Positions 24,642-36,213 of a stretch of DNA of 64,000 bases are shown in pieces. The stretch comes from Eledone cirrhosa (taxonomy: Eukaryota): NCBI GenBank assembly GCA_964016885.1, contig OZ024741.1, forward strand, positions 115,134,001 through 115,198,000, written 5' to 3'. The translations under genes and the position numbers were made by a program. The stretch's first letter is position 1; each line of letters opens with the position of its first letter. Below the pieces are notes generated by a model. That model was not told where the DNA came from. It searched no databases and was given only the letters and a program-made list of their open reading frames with translations.

Positions 24642-25150
24642 ATAAAATATTAAAAAAATAATGAATAAAACAATGAAACAGTTCCTTATATTAAACAAAA
24701 AAAGTTCATTATTTAACGATCGTTTCTGGGATATATATGTGTTAGAATTGGCATGTATATTTAACAGATCTATGTACAAAATTATACAAAATTATACAAA
24801 GTATCAAAATTAAATATACATACCAACTCATGAGTTGGTATGTATATTTAATTTTGATAGTTTGTATAATTTTGTATAATTTTGTACATAGATCTGTTAA
24901 ATATACATGCCAATTCTAACACATATATATCCCAGAAACGATCATTAAATAATGAACTTTTTTTATTTAATATAAGGAACTGTTTCATTGTTTTATTCAT
25001 TATTTTTTTAATATTTTATCTTGACTCCGTATTCCGTTTATCTTTCACCGAAAGTGATTTTTCATTGCATCTCTTCTTTCCATGATATACGGATTACATT
25101 GAGTTCTTCATACGGATTGGACACTACCGTAAACTCTTGGTAGATTTATC

Positions 25151-25155
<5 letters not shown>
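24642..25155. mobile_element. PLE A-family terminal remnant forming a spacerless ~378-bp palindrome (24642-25019) plus tail
   Basis: Symmetry centre CCAACTCA|TGAGTTGG at 24830/24831. The sequence is homologous to 13655-13940. Confidence 0.8.
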
Positions 25156-25191
<36 letters not shown>

Positions 25192-25192
<1 letters not shown>

Positions 25193-25787
25193 ATGGACAA
25201 TTTCCCTTCCTCAGTTGTCTATTACGGGTCACTAATGTTTCAGCGCATTATAGACAATACATATATTCGTAGTGCGTCTATAGCCTTTTATCTATTAAAA
25301 AGCCATGAGCGAAAGAAGCGATAGCGAAGAGATAGAAAGAAAGAAAAAAGAAGAAAAGAAAAAAGGAGAAAGAAGAAAACATACCGATAGAAACACTGGA
25401 CAATGGCACATGTAAATAAATAATCGACAAGAAATAAGATCTAGTTAAAAAAAGCCGTTGGTGGGGCCATATTAACAGGGGCCATATTAACAGCGGAGCG
25501 AGGTAAATACGCCTATTCTCAGTTGGTCTTATTTCTTCTCGGTTAATTACTTACATGTGTCATTGACTAGTGTTTCCCCTTTCTATTGGTATGTTTTCTT
25601 CTTTTTCCTTTTTTTTCTTTCTTTCTCTTTTTTTTCTTTCTTTCTCCCTCTTCGCTATCGCTTCTTTCCCTCATAGCTTTTTGATAGATAAAAGGCTATG
25701 GGCGCGCTACGGATAGTTGTATTGTCTTTAATGCGCTGAAACATCTGTGATCCGTAATAGACAACCGACGAAGGGAAATTGTCCATC
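25192..25787. repeat. Diverged fold-back element (arms about 25192-25446 and 25521-25787)
   Basis: GATGGACAATTTCCCTTC...GAAGGGAAATTGTCCATC ends. The spacer has GGGGCCATATTAACA twice. Confidence 0.8.
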
Positions 25788-26324
25788 TCTTGTTTGTGTC
25801 GCCTTATTTTTGTTTAACCCCGAAGGCAGAGCTCAAGCCGTTTCGACGGCAGAGCTCAAGCCGTTTCGACGGCTTGAACTCTGCCGTAGGGATTAAATAT
25901 TTTCCTATTACCCACTCTACTATCCTAAGTATTGAGTACTCTGGTGCGTTATGGTCCATCTGATTCCTTACCACACCTCCTTCGTTATATATATATATTT
26001 TCTCACACACACACATATATATGACGACTGATGACGTCTTACGAATGAAACAGCTCTAGTCCTGAAGAAGTTATTTCTATCGAGGGGTTGTAGTTTGATT
26101 GAAGCATTGTGGATTATGAAAGTAAAAAAGAAAAGTGGGTATGTTTCGGAAGCTGTTACAATGCAAGTGGGTTTAAAATACCAAGGAAACAAAATCTGAA
26201 GGGAATTGAGAGAGGTGAGATAGAAGACAAAGCGTTGGAGAAGGAGGAAAATAAAGTGACAAGAATCACTGATTGTTGCCTTTGTAATTTATTAGTCCCA
26301 ATATCTCGGATTTACCATCCATTT

Positions 26325-27812
26325 CACTGTGTAACATATTTTTTGTTCCCCGGTTCTAAGTGTCATTTCATGGTTTGTTATATCCCATTATTATAAAAAA
26401 AGCACTATTATTTAATCAGTAGTTTGTGTTTGTGGTCAGGAGTTTGATATTTCGAAATTTTCATATTTTTCAAGAAAAAACACATTTTTTTTAAATTTAT
26501 CAGTTCACATAATTAAATATTACACAAGCTTATGAAAAGAAAACAAGTAAAAACAAATAACACTTATAAAGCAACTTATACACGCCAGAAATCACTGGAT
26601 TTCCTGGATTTGCGGTTGTAGTCCAGGTCGCATTCCCGCACTAGCCCAATCATTTTTTCATTGTAGTGGCCCTGGTACCTCCGCTCCATCTCTTTCACAT
26701 CTTGGTGGAATCGTTCGCCTTGTTCTTCTGAGTTGGCGCCCATATTATACTTGAATGTTTCCAGGTGAGTGTCCAGCATATGGAGTTTAAGCGACATCCT
26801 ACATCCCATGGCGCCAAAAGCCTTTATCAGATCCTGCACCAGTTGCTGGTAGTTTTCAACTCTGTAGTTGCCCAGGAAGCCCTTAACAACTGTCTTGAAA
26901 TAGTTCCATGCTGTTATCTCAATCCTATTGAGCTTATTGGAGAACTCGGTAGACTCAAACACCTTCTTTATCTGAGGTCCAACAAAAATTCTACCTTTGA
27001 TTTTGGCCTCAGATAACTTGGGGAAGAACTGAAGAAGGTACATAAAAGCGGCTGGTTCTTGGTTGAGAGCCTTCACAAACTGCTTCATCAACCCCAACTT
27101 AATGTGCAGTGGCGGCATGTGCACAATCCTGGGATCAACCAGTGGATCCCACATGACGTTCCGGGTCCCAACTACAAATTCTGTTCGCTGCTCCCAGTTC
27201 TTTCTTTTGTAGTGATCAGAGGTGGCTCTGCTGTTCCAAAGGCAGAGGAAGCATTGGAATTTGATAAAGCCTCCTTGGAGTCCAAGCAGGAAAGCCACCA
27301 TCTCGAAGTCTCCAATGATTTCCCAATGGTACTGGTTGTATTGCAGAGCTTCCAAGAGGACTTTTACACTGTAGTAATCTTCCTTCAGGCAGACTGAATG
27401 AGCTAGGGGCAGTGTCGGGAACTTGTTTCTATTGTGGTGGAGGAAAGCCTTCAAAGTTGTGGTAGAGCTGTCTATAAATAGCCGCCATTCCTTGGGCACA
27501 AACGGCACCCCAATAATGTCAAACAGCCCAGGCACGTCATGGCAGAAGCAGAGGCTATCCCTAAGAGTGTAAAAACCTGAGAAAGGTTCGTGTCGACTTC
27601 TCTTACTTGTCACCTGCACTTCCTCCTTGACCAAGTTCCACTGCTTCATCCTGGAGATGAATAGTTCTGTATTGGACTTGGTCAGACCCATATCCCTGAC
27701 CAAGTCATTGACTTCTTTTTGGTTTGGGAAGTGAGGAACTTTTTCTGGTACCTAGGCAGGTAATCCAAGTCCTCAGCCTCCATCTCCTCCTCTTCATCGG
27801 AATACTTGTCTT
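26325..27812 (-). mobile_element. Chapaev3-like (CMC) DNA transposon, 5'-truncated
   Basis: Terminal CACTGTGTAACATATTTTTTGTT at 26325 plus a transposase ORF. The family name is from recalled motifs, not a search. Confidence 0.7.
26576..27703 (-). CDS. Chapaev3-like transposase catalytic region (375 aa, N-terminus lost)
   Basis: WRLFIDSS, IIGDF, CFLCLW, PPLHIKLGLMKQFVKAL, MSLKLH, SEEQGERFHQD. Confidence 0.75.
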   Translation of the reverse strand: MVRDMGLTKSNTELFISRMKQWNLVKEEVQVTSKRSRHEPFSGFYTLRDSLCFCHDVPGLFDIIGVPFVPKEWRLFIDSSTTTLKAFLHHNRNKFPTLPLAHSVCLKEDYYSVKVLLEALQYNQYHWEIIGDFEMVAFLLGLQGGFIKFQCFLCLWNSRATSDHYKRKNWEQRTEFVVGTRNVMWDPLVDPRIVHMPPLHIKLGLMKQFVKALNQEPAAFMYLLQFFPKLSEAKIKGRIFVGPQIKKVFESTEFSNKLNRIEITAWNYFKTVVKGFLGNYRVENYQQLVQDLIKAFGAMGCRMSLKLHMLDTHLETFKYNMGANSEEQGERFHQDVKEMERRYQGHYNEKMIGLVRECDLDYNRKSRKSSDFWRV

Positions 27813-28405
27813 GGAAAATAAATTTGATATGCAATACAAAATAAAAATTGGAAAGGAAAATACATATTTAAATAATATAAAAGAACATTAATTATACTAA
27901 TGAAAATTCGTGCTTAAAACACAACTTACGTGCGAAAATCCAGTATCAATAAATCTCTTTAATCCACTTTTTAACAATTTTATACTTTATTGCACTTTTA
28001 TCATTTTCTTTAGGTATTACTCTTTATTTTATAATTTTAATTTAACCTGAAACATATATAAAAAAATCATTTAACATAAGCAAATTAAACTTACATACTA
28101 CGTAAAATCCACATACAAATAATTTTAGAGAATAGCTTAGAATTTTTACAAACCCAAACTTTTAACTCTTAAATAGCACTTTTTTTATTTATTTGGGACC
28201 TAAACAACACAAAAAAGTGATTACAAGTGATTACAAGTCAGGAACAGATTTGAACTGAGATCATAAAGGGCTCTATGATGCAAAGCATGGCGTCCGACCC
28301 TATACCGATACTGCCAATCCACCGCCCTTTTCTCTGTAGTAATAATGCTTTCTTTATTAACCACAAGGGTTGATTTCTCTGTAGTAATAATGAAAACCTT
28401 TAAAG

Positions 28406-28563
28406 ATAGAGAAAAAAAATGTATCTTTTTAATGCGGGTTTGACCTATAGAGAAAAAATGTATCTTTTTAATGCGGGTTTGACCTATAGAGAAAAAATGT
28501 ATCTTTTTAATGCGGGTTTGACCTATAGAGAAAAAATGTATCTTTTTAATGCGGGTTTGACCT
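28406..28563 (+). repeat. 39-bp tandem repeat x4 derived from nad3 (REKxSPFECGFDP region)
   Basis: ATAGAGAAAAAATGTATCTTTTTAATGCGGGTTTGACCT units at 28406, 28447, 28486 and 28525. Confidence 0.8.
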
Positions 28564-29319
28564 AGCTAGATACACCCGATCATTGTTCTTTATACGCTTT
28601 TCGTAAAAATTACTAACCATTCCTTCGATCATTTTATCTTCCGTTATAATTATTTTTCATGAATGAAACATAAGCTCAGTAAATTTAATTTAAACGTAAT
28701 AATGTTATGAATTAATGCTTTAATTTGAGCAATTCATAATCGTTCTACTCTATATGAATAATTAATATTTTCCTGCCACTTTCATATTTATTAATATAAT
28801 AATCCTTGGAACAATTATATCTTTATCTTCTCATTGATCTATAATATGAATAAGATTAGAATTAAATTTAATAGGCATTTTACCTCTTATAAACATTAAA
28901 TCAGAAAACAAAATGAATGATGTTGAAAGCCCAATAAAATATTTTATTATCCAACCAACAATCGTTATACATTTGTAGTCACTGTCGATATACTTCATAT
29001 TTAACAGTTCTCTATTTTCATCAATTATAATTACATCATTAGTAATAAAATGAGAAAATTCTCCTTTTCACTTTTGACTACCAAATGTAAACAAATAAGA
29101 TGATTTATAATATTTTGTATTTTTAAATGATAGAAATTAGCACTATTATTTATATAATCTTTTATTAATTGTAACTATCTAATTATTATCTTCTTCCTTA
29201 TTAATAGTAGTTTCAACGGAAGCAATCAATTAATCCAACAAACTTTCTATTAATTATAGTCTATTCTTCAATTCGGCATTTGTTCAATTAACTTGTTCAA
29301 TTAATAATATATGAATATT

Positions 29320-29459
29320 GTTATACTTTGGGAGGGTCATGTTGCCAATAAGAAACACACGCACCAGTTGTGCACTTCAATTTATTATATATTTATAAAT
29401 TTATAAATTTACAAATCTACAAACTTATAAAGAATCTTGCTAAACAAATTCAGAAACGA
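29320..29459. mobile_element. PLE D-family terminal remnant inserted in nad2 NUMT, 14-bp TSD (copy near 48650-48790)
   Basis: Matches 56997-57100 plus an inverted piece of 56940-56967. AATATATGAATATT occurs at 29306-29319 and 29460-29473. Confidence 0.7.
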
Positions 29460-29719
29460 AATATATGAATATTTATATACTTAATAATTTATACAATAAT
29501 TATCATACCTTTATTTTTATATTTTAACTTTAAATCTTAATTATTTGTATATCCATTAAGACAACATAATTATAACAGATAGAAAGAAAGTATTTTTTAT
29601 TATAATTTTAATTATATCTTTAGAAGTGATCTTCTTGTAATAGGATTTCTATCCAAATTAATAATTCTCAATATACTATTGATAATAAATATATTAATCA
29701 TACCACTATTTCTTATCAC

Positions 29720-29880
29720 AGATTGGCAGTGTCGATAGAGCATCGGGCAACATTCTGTACAGCATATAGTTAGAGCCCTTTATGTTCTGGGTTCAAATCC
29801 CGCCGAAGTTATTTTTGCTCTTCATCCTTACCGGGTCGATAAAATAAAGTACCAGCAACGCACTGGGCCGATTTAATCAG
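29720..29880 (+). mobile_element. tRNA-derived SINE (family 1) in the NUMT (copy near 49050-49210)
   Basis: GGGTTCAAATCCCGCCG...GGGTCGATAAAATAAAGTACCAG. Confidence 0.8.
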
Positions 29881-30096
29881 AAACCCTTATTTTTTCTTAC
29901 CTTAATTATTCGATATTTTTACTTAAACATATTAATAAATATATTCATAAAATCATTTTATTTATTAAAAATTAATAAAATAAAAATTAATTTTAAATCA
30001 ATCTTAATTTTTAATATAGGAAAAACATTAATCTCCATTCCAACTATTATGACAAAATTATGTTATATCTATTTAATATAACTTAATAATATAATT

Positions 30097-31030
30097 ATGC
30101 ATATAAAAAAAAAGAAGATATTTACCATTCTTTTGGAATTTTATCTGGATTATTCGGTGCAACATTAAGATTGATAATTCGTCGAGAACTAGGACAATCG
30201 GGATATTTATTAAATGATAATCAACAACTATATAATGTAAACGCTACTGCTCATGCATTTGTAATAATTTTCTTTTTATTAATCCCAGTAACAATTGGTG
30301 GATTTAAAAACTGATTAATTCCATTGATACGGGGAGCCACAGACATAGCATTCCCACGATTAAACAGTATAACATTTTCACCACTACTTCCGCCTACAAC
30401 TTTCTTATTTCAGCAGCAGTGGAAAGAGGACAGGGAAAAGAATTGACAGTATACCCTCCCCTATCTAGAAATTGAAACGTATAGTCCTTACTGTAGATTT
30501 AACAATCTTCTCTCTACATTTAGCAGGAATACCATCTATTATTGGATCTATTAACTTCATTACAACTACATTAATAGAGGATGAGAAGGAGTGCAAACAG
30601 ATCGTCTTTCTTTGTGTGTGTGATCTGTTTTAATTACGGCAATCTTATTTCACTTATCTCTGCCGGTAGTAGCCTCGCCGACAGTAATTTTAATACGACC
30701 TTTTGCGAATCAAGAGGGGACTCTATTTTATATCAACACCTATTTTGATCTTTGGTCATATAGAAGTTGATATATTAATATTGACTTGGATTCGGTATTA
30801 TTAGTCATATTGAGGCTCACTACATAATAAAAAGAGAAACTTTCGCAAAACTAGGAATAAATTATACAATACTCTCTATTGGCCCCAGGCTTCATTGAGT
30901 GAGCTGATCACATATTTACAGTAGGTATAGACGTAGATATACGTGCATATTCCATTGCAGCCACAATAATTATTGCCATTCCTACAGGAATTAAAGTATC
31001 TAGATAACTAGCAACAATTCATGGATCCCC
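30097..31030 (+). pseudogene. cox1: cox1 NUMT (5' part)
   Basis: [60 protein letters not shown], with multiple frameshifts. Confidence 0.92.
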
Positions 31031-31039
31031 ACTTCAGTG

Positions 31040-31300
31040 TGTGGTTTCTGTGGCGAGTGCGGCTTTTTAAGGTTAATCGAACAACTTTCTTTCCCTCGTC
31101 TCTATGAGCAATGCGCCCTATCAACACAACCTCCGTATTTCACTTTGAAGAATTGATCGGGGGCCAATGTCACCACAAGCATGTCGGTTTCGATACCTTT
31201 TTAAAAGGTCCCTTCTTAGTTTTCTAATTAGCTCTCTCTGTATTCTAGTTGTCTCTATCACTAATTTTCTTTTACTAAACCGTATCTATTCTACTCTGAT
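31040..31300 (-). mobile_element. Tx1/L1 ORF2 linker fragment (copy near 50370-50630)
   Basis: 31195-31300 resembles 2390-2488. Confidence 0.5.
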
Positions 31301-31777
31301 CACCGTTTTCAAGGTGAACCATAATTTGTGGGCTTTGAGTGATTTTGGGGATCTTCACCAATCTCCAACCAGGACAGGACAGGCACAGAATAGACTCGCC
31401 GCTTCTGAGTGGTGCTAGGGGTACTACCAGCAGCTGCAACTCCTAAAACGACAACTGCAGAACAAACAGCACCAAAGATGTCAGAATACTTACCAGCAGC
31501 TACAGCAGCATCAATACACAATGAGGACATGTCCCTCCTTGACTTCACTGAGTTGGATATGGATTGTCGTGAGGGGCGGAATGGCGTAGGAGAAGGATAA
31601 AATATGAAAAGTTCCTTTAACTTCACCCACAAAAAAAGGGAATGGAAGAAATGTAAAAGCGATAAGGCTCACAACACGAAACCCAACACCAACACTATCC
31701 TCATAAGATCCGGAACAAATACTGATAAGTATTTATAAGTATGCTCTAACGACTCTGCTAATCCACCGCCCTCACAA

Positions 31778-31980
31778 TAATAATAATAATAGTTTCTACT
31801 TTTGGCACAAAGTCAACAATTACCCCAGTGCTTTACTGGTACTTTATTTTATCGGCCCCGTAAGGATGAAAGGTAAAGTTAACCACGGCGGGATTTGAAC
31901 TCAGAACGTAAAGGGCCATAAATCTATGCTACAAATCATGGTGTCTGACACTCTACCGATACTACCAATCTACCGCCCAT
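31778..31980 (-). mobile_element. tRNA-derived SINE (family 1) within a SINE cluster (copy near 51108-51310)
   Basis: GGATTTGAACTC B box; partial copies on both sides. Confidence 0.8.
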
Positions 31981-32662
31981 AATAACAATAATAACAACAA
32001 AAATAATAGTAATAATTGTTTCTACTTTAGGCACAAGGCCAGCAATTACCCAGTGCATTAGTAATAATGATTGTCTGAATTACGTTAATACAGGGGGGGG
32101 GGGGCAATGATCGCAAAACCAAAACAACTAAAACTCGTAAATGCCAAACAATCTGGTTCAACGTTCCATACTCTAGGCACGTTTTGACGAACATACTAGG
32201 ATTATTGTCAGGAATCTGACAAATGCTTCGCCCACCATCGTATACATCAAGGTATATAACAGAATACTATTAAATTCTCATTGTCCAAATTAGCTGGCCA
32301 CATAGCAGTCATTAATAATTGAAAAACACCAAAGAAGACATGAACATATATAACACATCTGAAACACATTAGGAATAATCATATTTTATTCCATAAACTA
32401 TCTGATATAGAAATTGTGGAAATAAAAAGAGGTGATAAAAGTGAAACACTGGAAGTCATCGAAGACATGATGCTAGGTGAGGAGTCGAATGAAGCTGAAA
32501 CAGAGGTTAAAGGGTTAGTATTGGAGAAACTAATAAACTACTTTGTCAGATGTACACATTGGTTACCTATCGTAGTTTTCTACAAACAATACACATCATC
32601 ATCATCATTCACTCTTCTACTACACTGAGAACTACCACTCATAACCACACAGAAATCCAACG

Positions 32663-32739
<77 letters not shown>

Positions 32740-32789
32740 ACACACATACATATGTATATAAATATATATCGAAATAGCCATAGAATGGA

Positions 32790-33480
32790 AAGCCATATTT
32801 GAAGTAGTAAATCCAGAAATGATAACTTGGTCATGGGTTCGAAGAGGTCACTTGAAAAAGGAGACAGAGGGTTTGATTATGGCAGTCCAGGACCAGGCAA
32901 TAAGAACTAATTGGATCAAAGCTAATGTGGACAAGGTGATCACATCACCACCGTGTAGGATGTGTGGGAAGGTAAATGAGACAATTAGCCATATCTTCTC
33001 AGAATGCTTACAATTGGCTCAGAATGATTACAAAACTTGGAGACATGATAAAGTGGCAGCAGTAATACATTGACAATTATGTTAAAAGATGGGGTTCAAC
33101 TGTAATGGAAAATGGTATGACCACTTTGTAACAAATGAGATGAGTGTGCTGGAAAATGACGAAGCCAACATTCTGTTGGATATTACAATATAGACCAAAA
33201 CAAAGATTGATCACAACAAACTGGACATGGTACTAATACTCAAGAAAGAAAGGAAATGTTTTATTATAGAAGTGGTCCTTTTGACACGAGAATAAAAAAA
33301 TAAAGAAAGGAAAAGAAAAACTACTTCAACGATCTCAAATATGAAATTCTGAAAGTATGGAGGGATGAAGTAAATGAAGTAATTATAGGAGCCCTGGGAT
33401 GTGTAACAGACAATCTTACAAAAAAAATTGGAACAAATTAATTTGATCTTGGTATAGAACCTATAGAAAAAAACATGCCT
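32790..33480 (+). mobile_element. Dong/R4-type LINE 3' fragment (zinc knuckle + RLE)
   Basis: LKKETEGLIMAVQDQAIRTN, CRMC..ETISHIFSEC, RHD. Confidence 0.85.
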
Positions 33481-33554
33481 AATTGTTCAGATTTAGGAAC
33501 AAGGCCAATCATTTTCTTCTTTTTGGTGGCGGAGGGTGTCGATTAAATTGTCGT

Positions 33555-33948
33555 AGAAAAGAAGAATAAGCAGGCATGTATTGTGTATATTGCTTCACCG
33601 TGGGACCAAGGGTGAATGAGAAGGAAAGTGAGAAAGTTGAGAAATAACAGTACCATTGTGGATAATAAGACTCGTTGAAGTGGTACCGATTGTGGTTGGC
33701 GCACTGGGAGCAGTTAGTAGAAGGTTGGATGCATGGCTTGAGAAGCTAAGAATTACCCCCGGGACAGGATTGTTACAGGAAACAGCATTGCTAGAAACAG
33801 CAAGAATTCTAAGAAAGGTTTTGGTAAGTTGAATGAGAAGGCATGAACCAAATGACCTTTGGCTATTGGCTATGACTCGTTCTTTTGGTATAGTGTCGGT
33901 ATAACATCAGCCAGAACAACAGCGTTACGAATAATAATAATAATAATG
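33555..33948 (+). mobile_element. Dong/R4-type LINE extreme 3' end with (TAA)n tail
   Basis: VVPIVVGALGAV and LLETARILRKVL motifs; same family as 11728-12610. Confidence 0.8.
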
Positions 33949-34378
33949 ATTTCTACTATAGGCACAAGGCCAGTAATTTAGGGGAGGGGAAAGTCGTTTA
34001 AATCGACCCTAGTGCATTACTGGTACTTTATTTTCAAAAGCTTAATAACTATGGAATTGACCTAAAATTGGAGGTTATCATGAGCTGCAAGCATGAATAC
34101 AAGCATTCTTTTTTCAACTCTCTTTAGTAATACAACGTAGAACAACTTAACATGTTGTCTACGCAGCTGGCAAAAATGAGTTGTATCTGTAATTCTAAGG
34201 AACGGTCCTGTCAAATTCTGTGTCACACTGAATCTCCCTGAAACCTACTTTATGGGTCCGCGGTGCTACTGTAGAATGCTCAGTTATTTGCATGTTAATT
34301 TCACGAGCAGGCTAACTCCGTTGATCGAATACTTGTTGTCGTAACCGACAGAGTGCCTGTAGATGTGTATATATATAT

Positions 34379-34494
34379 ATAGGAAAAAGTATGACCCCGA
34401 CGGGAGAGCTCAAGCCGTTTCGACGGCTATTTCTGGACAGAAATAGCCGTCGAAACGGCTTGAGGTCTACCGTCGGGGTCATACTTTTTCCTAT
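34379..34494. repeat. 116-bp hairpin (56-bp arms, GGAC loop); copy at 54055-54170
   Basis: Near-perfect inverted repeat next to (TA)n. Confidence 0.9.
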
Positions 34495-34570
34495 TACCCA
34501 CTCTACTACCCTAAGTATTGAGTACTCTGGTGCATTATGGTCCATCTGGTTCCTTACCACATTTCCTTCG

Positions 34571-34604
<34 letters not shown>

Positions 34605-34670
34605 AGAAATAATAAACCAAACACTGCTAACTGTATCACATTTTAATTTACATGCGTATTACTTTATACT

Positions 34671-34705
<35 letters not shown>

Positions 34706-34848
34706 CATATATATATATGTATATATATATATATGTATACATATATATATATGTATAGTAATAATAATAAATTTGATAACTAAAATCCAAAGAGGGCTCG
34801 ATAAGGACAAATATATATCAAATATATAAGAACCGTAGAGCAAATATT

Positions 34849-35389
34849 TATTAAAATAACAGATTAAAGTTTAACCAAAGAATCGCTGCTTTCACCCTTA
34901 ACGGGATCTTCTGAAACTAAAAAAGTCAATCTGTGAACGCAGAACTAATGCACAAAACTTTCCTGTATTACAGCCCCACATTATACCCTAAAGGATAGTA
35001 TGAACTATACGCGGATATTTTATGTCTTGATGTGGTAGCTAAGTATATGTTATGTTTGTACCATTACTTATTTGTATAGGTAAGTATTTATTACCTGTAT
35101 GTTTTGTGAAGGTAGTAATAATTTCTCGAACGTATATTTGCTTGTATGTGTTATGGCGTACATCTTATATATACTGGTACATGTGCATTTGGTTATGTGG
35201 TTATGTGAGTGTTGCGTCTGTGTGAGTATGCGGGTTCGTACGTATGTAGGGTGTGTGTATATGTGTACTTTGTGTTTTGGTTGACGTAGTCTGTGAACAT
35301 ATGTGTATTTACATGTAGGTATGTGTGTGCTCGCGTTATATATGTATTTATGTGAGTATATTTATATACGTTTATTTAATTATATGTAT

Positions 35390-35483
<94 letters not shown>

Positions 35484-36170
35484 ACACACATATATATATT
35501 TTTTTATATATATTTAATGTGTATTTGGTGTATACGTTCGTATGTGTGCGGGTACCGGCGTTGCGTGGGTTTTGTATGTGCGTGTGTGATTTTTGTGTAC
35601 ATGCTTGTATTTGCATACCCATGGCGAGTGTTTTCGCGTATGCTTGTGTATGTACGTATTTGGATGCGTGTATGTATATATTTAATTTCAATTACCTCTG
35701 TATTTTATTTACTTTACTCTTAACACAGAAGCCGAGAATCATTCGGTTTCCTAAATAGAATTTTAGTCTACGACTTCAATTATACTATTTACGTGGTTTT
35801 GTCTTTGCGTGTAATATTTCTCACCGCTCCACATAATTAAATTATTATCTTTGTTTTTCCGTTCATTGCCAGAGAATGTCTCCATGAACCATCTAATAGA
35901 ATATTTGTCTACGACTTCATTTATACCATAAACGTGGTTTTGTCTTTGCGTGTAATCGTTTCACCGCTCCAAATAATGACGTATTATTTTCGTTCTTTGC
36001 CAGGGAAAGTTCCCACGCACCAAAGTATCGTCTTCCTGTCTTTCTTTGGTTGCAACGTTTTTTGAAATATTTATTTCTGCGTTCACAGATTGACTCTTTT
36101 AGTTTCAGAAGATCCCGTTAATGGTGAAAGCAGCTATTCTTTGCTTAAACTTTAATCTGTTATTTTAATA
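34849..36170. mobile_element. Element bounded by ~96-bp inverted repeats (34849-34944 and 36075-36170), probably a PLE 3' remnant; copy near 54587-55888
   Basis: Arms are reverse complementary. An internal ~142-bp tandem duplication lies at 35751-36005. Confidence 0.6.
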
Positions 36171-36213
36171 TATATATATATATAATAATATATATATATA
36201 TATATATATATAA

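Larger units (their letters stand above)
28750..30080 (+). pseudogene. nad2: nad2 NUMT (approximate limits)
   Basis: In mitochondrial code it resembles LGTIISLSS-HW..MW..LELNLMGILP and W...PFHFWLP. Confidence 0.75.
28390..31030 (+). pseudogene. NUMT copy 1: nad3 fragment, nad2, partial cox1
   Basis: Decayed mitochondrial coding sequence with frameshifts and inserted repeats. Confidence 0.88.

Noticed and set aside
26023-26061. HHR-like CTGATGA...GAAACAGCTCTAGTC (copy near 45272-45310)
   Set aside because: Stems I, II and III do not pair properly; at best a dead relic.
27813-28220. Assigning the AT-rich block before nad3 to a specific mitochondrial gene
   Set aside because: It looks mitochondrial in composition, but I could not identify a diagnostic motif by eye.
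22586-28563. 28-bp and 39-bp repeat arrays as CRISPR
   Set aside because: No unique spacers, no cas genes, and a eukaryotic context.
31309-31632. Overlapping short ORFs identical in both duplicates as a conserved host exon
   Set aside because: Identity is explained by the recent duplication. No domain is recognisable, and it adjoins a LINE fragment.
36100-36140. HHR-like CAGAAGA-TCCC..GGT-GAAA in the inverted-repeat arms
   Set aside because: Core U4 is mutated in all copies seen and stem I is not evident.
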